Shown here: positions 57,026-64,000 of the stretch, piece by piece
How positions within the stretch are numbered: the first letter of the stretch is position 1
Layout: each line of letters opens with the position of its first letter
Source: Candidatus Nomurabacteria bacterium
GTDB lineage: Bacteria > Patescibacteriota > Minisyncoccia > Phycocordibacterales > UBA9973
Direction of reading: 5' to 3'
DNA length: 64,000 bases
NCBI GenBank assembly: GCA_943350045.1
Contig: CALQZW010000001.1
Location: forward strand, 9,760 to 73,759
The notes under the pieces: generated by a model
Told to the model about the DNA's origin: nothing
The model's database searches: none
The model's input: the letters and a program-made list of their open reading frames with translations, nothing else
Translations under genes and position numbers: made by a program

Positions 57026-57495
57026 ATGAAATCTTACAAAAAATGAATACGGTTTGTTCAGAACTAGACTCTACAGAAATGTTTGGAGAGATAGTGTTTT
57101 TGGGCATAATCGAACGAGATAATTTAGACGATGCGTGGGATATTGTCGTGGGAGGAAGTGGGGTAGTGAGAGAGAATCGCATGTCTGATATGGCGAAAAT
57201 GATTGATGTATTGAGGAAGGTCCTTGAGAATGATCTTTCATTTGTTGCCCAAATCGTTCTTCTTGAATCTAATCAAGAGTTTGTTCTCGATATGGGTCTC
57301 TATCTAGAGAGAAATAATATCAACACTGGCGAGGTGAGAGATGCTCGTTTGCTCAGTACTCGCAACAAGATTAAACGAATGTATGTAATCAAGAATAACT
57401 TTAACAAAAATGTTCTTGATCAGTTTGAAAAAGATACCCGTGCTCAAATCGAGCTTCGTAAAAATACAGTTGTTGATCAAACTCCGGCGTTTTAA
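57022..57495 (+). CDS. hypothetical protein, possibly a minimal nucleotidyltransferase-like partner of the HEPN protein
   Basis: It is translationally coupled to the HEPN gene. There is a weak GGSG...SDMAKMID resemblance to the MNT hG[GS]...DhD motif. Confidence 0.3.
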   Translation: MNEILQKMNTVCSELDSTEMFGEIVFLGIIERDNLDDAWDIVVGGSGVVRENRMSDMAKMIDVLRKVLENDLSFVAQIVLLESNQEFVLDMGLYLERNNINTGEVRDARLLSTRNKIKRMYVIKNNFNKNVLDQFEKDTRAQIELRKNTVVDQTPAF

Positions 57496-57541
57496 TTGTT
57501 TCTAAGTAAAATTTTACTTTATATAAATAGTCTGTTTCTTC

Positions 57542-58015
57542 ATGAGTACAAAAATGACCGACGCAGAATATCACGCATCACTCCCCAAAAAGCAGGTCGG
57601 TACTGCCGTCTTGTTTTTTAATACACAAAACGAGCTACTGATTCTGAAACCAAACTACAAAGAGGGTTGGCTTGTTCCTGGAGGCTCAAATGATGAAGGA
57701 GAATCACCGCTTGCCTGTGCGATTCGCGAAACTCACGAAGAGATTGGACTCCGTTTTCAGTCTTTTGATCTTGTAGGGGTGCTACACTCTTCTGGGTCAG
57801 GACATAAAGCAGACTCACTTAAGTTTATATTCAACGGCGGAATATTGTCTGAGAATCAGATTCAGGATATTCGTTTGCAGACTTCAGAATTTGATGAAAT
57901 GATTTTTCTAGATATAAATGAAGCGATCCCGCTTCTCTCAAACAGTCTCCAGAAATCTATTCCTCAGTGTATTAAGGCGATACAGGAAAAGTCTTTTGCT
58001 TACATTGACGGATAG
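57542..58015 (+). CDS. NUDIX hydrolase
   Basis: The Nudix box GGSNDEGESPLACAIRETHEEIGL is present. Confidence 0.85.
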   Translation: MSTKMTDAEYHASLPKKQVGTAVLFFNTQNELLILKPNYKEGWLVPGGSNDEGESPLACAIRETHEEIGLRFQSFDLVGVLHSSGSGHKADSLKFIFNGGILSENQIQDIRLQTSEFDEMIFLDINEAIPLLSNSLQKSIPQCIKAIQEKSFAYIDG

Positions 58016-58209
58016 TTTTACATATTCTTATATAATATTTAGGATTCTGTTATCCCTCCCTCTGTACACTGAGTGTAAGTTGTTCATTGAAACACGCATA
58101 GCGTAGCCAAGAAAACAGAGAGCGCAATTTGTCTGTCCGCACTCTGTTTTTTGGTGTCTAAGATACGGAAATACAAAACCCCTGCAGATAGTTGCAGGGG
58201 TATACTCGA

Positions 58210-59199
58210 TTATTTTTTAGCGTTTCGTTTCAGTTCAATTTCGACAATAACTTGTTCTGAAATTTTTTGATAACCGGGGAGATCTATTTCAGGATAGATA
58301 CTACCTTGAATCATTTCATTTATTCTTTCCCAGAATATGTAGCTTGATCCTTGGGACTTATCAATCGCTTCAAAAAGTGCAGGATAGCTTACCCATAGAT
58401 ATGGATTGTGAATGTCTACTGTGCGATGGCACAATCGTACACCCATAGCAGTAAGTGACATCTGCAATCTATCGGGTGTAAATGCACCGTTGCGTGGATT
58501 AATATCTGCCTCTGTAAACTTTCTATAGTCCTCAAGGGTAAAACTTGCTGGAAATTCGTGCCCAATTATACGATGAGAAAGTTGAAACGTTTTGTCATGC
58601 TGAGTCGCAACACAGTTGGATCGGTAGCAATTTGAAAACGGCTCTTCAGATAGATTGTACAAGTTTTTAATATGAATGCTTGGGTCTGAGATGTTTTTGC
58701 TAACTCGTGCATAGAGATCTCTGTCAGTGGACATCATGAGGGATAAGTCTCGCACTATCCTTTCATTGGCGAATGTATTATTTGAGCCGACTAAGCCCAG
58801 GTAATCAAGTTGACTGCCTTTCCAATACTTTAGAATTTCTTCAAGGTTTTGTATGCTCGGTGAGATATCAATAGATTTAGATGGAAAACCTACTAAAATT
58901 TCTCGGTGTCCTCTTTCTTCAATTTGAAGTAATTTTGAGATAAGCTGAGAACTATCTCCTAAACTAATTCCAATATGACTATATGGAATTAGTTGGAACG
59001 TGTCGATAAGTTGCATTATGTCCATGTTCATGGACATAAATAGTACTTCCATTTGTGTGCCTTCATAGAGTTTTTGTAGTTGAAGAAAAGCCGGAAGTAT
59101 TTGATCACCGTATGATCCAGTATTTTTATTCCTAATTGGGCAATGAGGACAGCCCATTTCGCAGCCACTTTCTTGTAGCATGATTTCAATGTGTATCAT
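58210..59199 (-). CDS. radical SAM domain protein, function unknown
   Basis: The CX3CX2C motif lies at the N-terminus (SGCEMGCPHCPI). The rest is not assignable to a known family by eye. Confidence 0.5.
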   Translation of the reverse strand: MIHIEIMLQESGCEMGCPHCPIRNKNTGSYGDQILPAFLQLQKLYEGTQMEVLFMSMNMDIMQLIDTFQLIPYSHIGISLGDSSQLISKLLQIEERGHREILVGFPSKSIDISPSIQNLEEILKYWKGSQLDYLGLVGSNNTFANERIVRDLSLMMSTDRDLYARVSKNISDPSIHIKNLYNLSEEPFSNCYRSNCVATQHDKTFQLSHRIIGHEFPASFTLEDYRKFTEADINPRNGAFTPDRLQMSLTAMGVRLCHRTVDIHNPYLWVSYPALFEAIDKSQGSSYIFWERINEMIQGSIYPEIDLPGYQKISEQVIVEIELKRNAKK

Positions 59200-59292
59200 T
59201 TTTACTGATTTTTAAGGGTGAAAATTTGTGCAAATAGTATAATTAAAATGTAATTATGTCAATAACTTGAGAAATTCTGTAAATATGGTATA

Positions 59293-60060
59293 GTGCTTTT
59301 ACCAATGAAACAAGACAAAATCTACATCTACGGAAAGCACGCAGTTACTGAGGCGCTTCGCAATAATCCAAAATGTTTGGATCGTATTTTCAGCGTTTCG
59401 AACCTCGAAGGCGAGCTCTCAGCGCTTGCAAAAGCAGCGAACATTCGCACCGATCGCATGAGTGGCCAAGGGCTTCCAAGTGGTATTGAAAAGAATGCAA
59501 CGCATCAGGGTATTATCGGCCGTGTTGTTTTGAACTCACTTGTTCAGCCATACAAGGACTTTATCGAAACACTTTCAATTACTCCTGCAACATCAGTTGT
59601 TATTCTTGGAGAACTTCAGGATCCTCACAACGTTGGAGCTGTTATTCGCTCTGCGGCTGCCTTTGGTGTATCTGCCGTCCTTATCCCTGAACACAAGCAG
59701 GCTCCAGTTACTGGTGCAGTGGTAAAAGTCTCTGCTGGAATGGCCTTTCACGTACCGCTCGTGCAGATTGGAAATGTGAACACAACTATTGAAGATTTGA
59801 AAAAGCGTGGATTTTGGATTTACGGTCTCGATGGAAACGCAAAGCAATCTGTTGTTGATGAAAAGTTTGAAGGTCCAACAGCTATCGTTCTTGGTAACGA
59901 AGCAGAAGGAATTCGCTTGAAGACTCTCGAAGCCTGTGATATCCCACTTTCAATTCCGATGGCTCCTGGATGTGAATCTCTCAACGTAGCAGCTTCTGCT
60001 GCAGTTGCGCTCTATGCATGGAGTGCTCGCCATCCTGAGGCTCTCAAGGGGAAAGAATAG
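59293..60060 (+). CDS. rlmB: 23S rRNA 2'-O-ribose methyltransferase, SpoU/TrmH family (RlmB-like)
   Basis: It has the N-terminal L30e-like domain, then the SPOUT motifs LGNEAEGI and SLNVAASAAVALY. Confidence 0.8.
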   Translation: MLLPMKQDKIYIYGKHAVTEALRNNPKCLDRIFSVSNLEGELSALAKAANIRTDRMSGQGLPSGIEKNATHQGIIGRVVLNSLVQPYKDFIETLSITPATSVVILGELQDPHNVGAVIRSAAAFGVSAVLIPEHKQAPVTGAVVKVSAGMAFHVPLVQIGNVNTTIEDLKKRGFWIYGLDGNAKQSVVDEKFEGPTAIVLGNEAEGIRLKTLEACDIPLSIPMAPGCESLNVAASAAVALYAWSARHPEALKGKE

Positions 60061-60081
60061 GTGATATACTGGTAGGCGTAT

Positions 60082-60861
60082 ATGCTCACCATTTTTCAAG
60101 TAATACTATTGGGGCTCGTTGAAGGACTCACCGAGTTTCTTCCTGTATCTTCGACGGGGCATCTGATTGTCGCCTCGGCTCTTCTGCAAATTCCTGAAAG
60201 TGAGTTTCTTAAGACGTTTACTATTTTTATACAAATCGGAGCTATTGTTGCAGTGCTCTCTGTCTACTGGAAAAAGCTTCTCACGAGCCGTGCAATTTTT
60301 TTGCGCGTCTGTGCGGCATTTATTCCAACGGCAGTAATCGGCTACGTCGTGTACTCATTTGCAAAGGAATATTTGCTCGACAATGTCGTTGTTGTTATCT
60401 GGGCGCTACTGCTTGGAGGAATTGCACTCATTGTGTTTGAGAAATACCATGCAAAGCGGGAAGTGGTAGACACACCAGCTACAGAGGCGATTTCTCTCAA
60501 ACAAGCAGTTGCTATTGGATTTTTTCAAACGCTCGCAATAGTTCCCGGAGTCTCACGCTCCGCGGCGACAATCATCGGAGGTCTCTCTCTAGGAATTTCT
60601 CGCGTAACTATTGTGGAGTTTTCATTTTTGCTTGCCGTTCCAACACTTGTTGCGGCAGCTGGACTGGATTTAATAAAAGGGGGACTCTCGTTTAGTGGAG
60701 AGCAGGTTGGATTGCTCGCAATCGGCTCGGCGGTGGCCTTCGTTTCGGCTCTGCTCGCAGTGCGATTTCTTTTACAGTATATTCGCACGCATTCATTCGT
60801 GGCGTTTGGAATCTATCGCATAGTTTTTGCACTTGTTGTTGCAGGAATTTTGGTATACTAA
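60082..60861 (+). CDS. uppP: undecaprenyl-diphosphatase
   Basis: VILLGLVEGLTEFLPVSSTGHL and the internal SRSAATIIGG motif are present. Confidence 0.9.
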   Translation: MLTIFQVILLGLVEGLTEFLPVSSTGHLIVASALLQIPESEFLKTFTIFIQIGAIVAVLSVYWKKLLTSRAIFLRVCAAFIPTAVIGYVVYSFAKEYLLDNVVVVIWALLLGGIALIVFEKYHAKREVVDTPATEAISLKQAVAIGFFQTLAIVPGVSRSAATIIGGLSLGISRVTIVEFSFLLAVPTLVAAAGLDLIKGGLSFSGEQVGLLAIGSAVAFVSALLAVRFLLQYIRTHSFVAFGIYRIVFALVVAGILVY

Positions 60862-60894
60862 ATGGGTAGCGTTTATAAATAACAAATCTTATAT

Positions 60895-60963
60895 ATGGCA
60901 AAAGGCGTATCACACAAGAAAGAGGCAAAGAAACCAAAGAAGGCGAAAGCTGACAAGAAGTAA
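60895..60963 (+). CDS. candidate small basic ORF (22 aa, MAKGVSHKKEAKKPKKAKADKK)
   Basis: It sits 14 nt upstream of a strong terminator. It is too short for the ORF track and unverified. Confidence 0.25.
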   Translation: MAKGVSHKKEAKKPKKAKADKK

Positions 60964-60972
60964 ATTGCCCAA

Positions 60973-61008
60973 CAAAAAATCCCGCATCGTAAGATGCGGG
61001 ATTTTTTG
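60973..61008. terminator. bidirectional rho-independent terminator (also serves cspA on the minus strand)
   Basis: The sequence is aaaaaATCCCGCATCgtaaGATGCGGGATtttttt. Confidence 0.85.
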
Positions 61009-61022
61009 TTGTATAGCGGGTA

Positions 61023-61217
61023 TTACGCGCGCTGTACGTTTACTGCGTTTGGTCCTTTTTCAGACTGCTCACTCTCGAAAGAGACAGCGTCACCTTCGCG
61101 GAGTTCGTCAAACATGACTCCTACGAGGTTCTTACTGTGGAAGAAAAGATCTTTCTGTCCGTCTACAGCGATGAAACCGAATCCCTTGTCAGTAAGCTTT
61201 TTGATTGTTCCTGTCAT
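61023..61217 (-). CDS. cspA: cold-shock protein (CspA family)
   Basis: The start was trimmed to MTGTIKKLTDKGFGFIAVDGQKDLFFH (ATG at 61217). The RNP1 motif KGFGFI and the RNP2-like VFFH are present. Confidence 0.85.
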   Translation of the reverse strand: MTGTIKKLTDKGFGFIAVDGQKDLFFHSKNLVGVMFDELREGDAVSFESEQSEKGPNAVNVQRA

Positions 61218-61383
61218 AGATTTTTGGGTTGTTGTGGTAAATACAAATGCAAGTCTGCTCTTCAAATCGACTCCTTTCGAACCTGTAACTTCTTTGCCCC
61301 ATAAGTATACCATGGCGACATTTTAATGTCAAGCAATATATTTAAGAACTTGTCAAAAGGGGATATATAGATACAATAGAGGT

Positions 61384-61926
61384 ATGAATGAAGATGATGT
61401 TGTATTTGAAGCCACAGAAGAAGGCGAGGGCGAAGCATTGTCAAAGGACAAGATAAAGAAGCTTCGTGAAGACTTAAAAACAGCACAGGCTGAAAAGGCC
61501 GACTACTTGGCTTCTTGGCAAAAGGAGCGCGCTGACTTTATTAACTACAAAAAAGGCGAAGACGAGCGCCGAAAGCAGATCGGAGAATATGCGCGCGAAT
61601 CTTTTCTTGAAGACCTCCTTCCAGTACTCGATGGCTTTGATATGGCCTTTGGAAATACTGAAGCATGGGAGAAAGTAGATAAAGGATGGCGTAGTGGTAT
61701 TGAATATATTCACCAGCAGTTTGTGAAAGTCCTCGAGGAGAATGGTATTTCTCAGATAGCTCCAAATCTTGGAGATACAGTTGATGTTTCTATGCATGAA
61801 GTTATGGATACGATGCCAACTGATGACGAAGTAAAAGAAGATACAGTTTCTGCCGTCATGCAAAAAGGGTATAAGGTAAAAGATCGAGTAGTGCGACCAG
61901 CACGCGTGAAGGCGTGGAAGAAATAA
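61384..61926 (+). CDS. grpE: nucleotide exchange factor GrpE
   Basis: An acidic N-terminus and a coiled coil are followed by the conserved C-terminal MHEVMDTMPTDDEV...VMQKGYKVKDRVVRPARVKAWKK. Confidence 0.85.
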   Translation: MNEDDVVFEATEEGEGEALSKDKIKKLREDLKTAQAEKADYLASWQKERADFINYKKGEDERRKQIGEYARESFLEDLLPVLDGFDMAFGNTEAWEKVDKGWRSGIEYIHQQFVKVLEENGISQIAPNLGDTVDVSMHEVMDTMPTDDEVKEDTVSAVMQKGYKVKDRVVRPARVKAWKK

Positions 61927-62951
61927 TGTCTTTTTCTATTCGCGAATTACACAATGACGAGGACTACAATCCAAGTATTCTTTCAATGGAAACTCCGTTT
62001 ACTCAGGCTCGTTTTTACGGAGCCTGGCAAAAGAGTTTAGGACGAAAAGTGAGACGATTTGTGATAACAGAAGATACTTCTGTTATTTCATATTTTCAAG
62101 TAGTAAAATATCCACTCGCCTTTGGTCTGTACTATCTTTACGCTCCCTATGGTCCAGTCGTCTCAAAATATTCTGAGGCATTTTTTCAATACCTTCGCAC
62201 TGAGTTTCAGAAAATAGCAAAAGAGGAGAATGCTGTGTTTGTGCGTCTCGACTTTACACCTGTTATTTTAAATGAGTCGCTCAGTAGTTTTTTTACAAAG
62301 GCTCCGTCGTATACATATCACTCAGCATATTTTCAGCCACGTAATGAGTGGCACCTACCGCTTGAGAAATCAGAGAAAGATTTACTCATGGGCATGCACG
62401 AAAAGACACGATACTCAGTTCGGCTAGCAGAGAAAAAAGGAATCTCTGTTGAGATTGTAACTGAGAACTTTTCTGAACACTTCGAAAGTTTCCATACACT
62501 TTTAGTTGGCACTGCTCATCGAAACGGATTTCGTTTGCATGCGAAAGAGTATTACAAGACAATCTTTGATACATTGTCTTCTGATGCTTCGTACGTAGTG
62601 GTCGCACGATATGGTAAAAAAATTCTCGCCATGGACCTTATCGTCGTATTTGGTTCAATCGCCACCTACGTGTTCGGAGGATCAAGTAACGAGGAGCGAA
62701 ATCGCATGCCCACATACTCTGCGCATTGGAGAGGTATTTGTCATGCAAAAATGCTGGGTTGTAAGTACTATAACTTCGGAGGAATTTCGACTGAGGGTGA
62801 TGTGTATAAAGGATGGGACGGCCTTACAACGTTTAAAATGAAGTTTGGAGGAAATGAAGTTGCGCATTCTGAATTTTTTGACGTTGTCGAAAAACCTCTC
62901 TTGTATACGTTGTACAATCTCCGAAAACGCTTCAAAAAAATCTTTAGCTAG
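61914..62951 (+). CDS. FemAB-family aminoacyltransferase (peptidoglycan interpeptide branch formation)
   Basis: The ~340-aa size and GNAT-fold pattern fit the family, and the C-terminal block FKMKFGG is FemAB-like. The start may be MSFSIREL at 61926. Confidence 0.55.
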   Translation: MEEIMSFSIRELHNDEDYNPSILSMETPFTQARFYGAWQKSLGRKVRRFVITEDTSVISYFQVVKYPLAFGLYYLYAPYGPVVSKYSEAFFQYLRTEFQKIAKEENAVFVRLDFTPVILNESLSSFFTKAPSYTYHSAYFQPRNEWHLPLEKSEKDLLMGMHEKTRYSVRLAEKKGISVEIVTENFSEHFESFHTLLVGTAHRNGFRLHAKEYYKTIFDTLSSDASYVVVARYGKKILAMDLIVVFGSIATYVFGGSSNEERNRMPTYSAHWRGICHAKMLGCKYYNFGGISTEGDVYKGWDGLTTFKMKFGGNEVAHSEFFDVVEKPLLYTLYNLRKRFKKIFS

Positions 62952-63514
62952 GAATTGGTAGAGTAACAGCGCTTGAACTCCTGTTCTGTTTCTACGTCGA
63001 GCTGGTCTGTGACGATTATCATAAGCTCGCAGGTGAGTCCGAAGTCTGTTTTAATATTTTGAAAAAGAAACTCAAACGGAAAAGGGGAGATCCATGCCGA
63101 GTTTTTTAGAAGTACGAAGCCGGCTTTCTTGAGCAAGTAGCGGAGCGCTTCGCGTTCCGCTTTTCGTGTCTCCGGCAGGTCAAGCAACACTATACGCCAC
63201 TTTCCATCCCACGCAGTGCTTGCGAGAGAGTTTTTGCTATCGAGCTTCAGACTTGCGAGTTTTTGTTTTCCGCGGCGGGTGAGGCGAGCATACTGACTCT
63301 GCTCTGTATCTATTGTTTCAATAAAGCCGGTCTCGGCGAGATTTTTAATACTGCGAGTGACTGCATATGCGCCAGTTTTCTGCTCAGTACTGGGGATATC
63401 TGAGACAACTTCGTCTTTGAGGTCGACAAGCTTTACTGCCTGCTTCCCAGAGAGGGTATTGAGGATTTTCCTTGAAAAATCTGCCTTTTTTGCCATGCCG
63501 GCATTATAACACAA
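62948..63514 (-). CDS. winged-helix transcriptional regulator (PaaX-like architecture, tentative)
   Basis: The N-terminal wHTH is ...AVTRSIKNLAETGFIETI. The C-terminal block is WDGKWRIVLLDLPETRKAEREALRYLLKKAGFVLLKNSAWISP. It is divergent from dnaK. Confidence 0.4.
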   Translation of the reverse strand: MCYNAGMAKKADFSRKILNTLSGKQAVKLVDLKDEVVSDIPSTEQKTGAYAVTRSIKNLAETGFIETIDTEQSQYARLTRRGKQKLASLKLDSKNSLASTAWDGKWRIVLLDLPETRKAEREALRYLLKKAGFVLLKNSAWISPFPFEFLFQNIKTDFGLTCELMIIVTDQLDVETEQEFKRCYSTNS

Positions 63515-63556
63515 GCTAGTTTCCTTTTCAACATACTTTCAGCGACCGCAAAATAC

Positions 63557-64000
<444 letters not shown>

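Overview
The window is a 64-kb, mostly housekeeping chromosomal segment from a low-GC bacterium. The compact gene set, the short IF-2 and the many small secreted or membrane proteins suggest a Patescibacteria/CPR-like reduced genome, but that is inference only. I count about 75 protein genes and 9 tRNAs: Asn-GTT, Leu-TAG, Lys-CTT, Leu-TAA, Cys-GCA, Tyr-GTA, Trp-CCA, Leu-CAA and Gln-TTG. There is no rRNA, CRISPR array or recognisable transposase. Core genes recognised from motifs include fmt, def, hisS, lepB, pth, rpsA, gyrA, infB, rbfA, a cysteine desulfurase, clpB, alr, rpmG (missed by the ORF track), radC, miaA, parB, relA/spoT, topA, dprA, serS, an ftsQ-like gene, dus, dnaX, rlmB, uppP, cspA, grpE, a FemAB-family gene and the 5' end of dnaK. 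The most unusual locus is at 24.7-27.7 kb: four tandem paralogous small secreted two-helix proteins with VirB2/TrbC-type (T4SS-pilin-like) architecture, plus a 453-aa secreted repeat protein carrying the same pilin-like module at its C-terminus. An SPFH/NfeD-like membrane pair lies next to it. Other accessory-looking content sits at 5.3-12 kb, all hypothetical: a protein with an RNA polymerase alpha-CTD-like motif, a secreted protein with a phage tail-collar domain, a thrice-repeated intergenic hairpin motif and an 18-bp perfect hairpin upstream of a gene. A small islet downstream of tRNA-Gln carries a PHP phosphoesterase, a ParB-like nuclease domain, a HEPN protein with an overlapping partner, a NUDIX hydrolase and a radical SAM protein. 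Feature coordinates come from the ORF track, with starts trimmed where they overlap tRNAs. All functional calls rest on motif recognition by eye, not on database searches.
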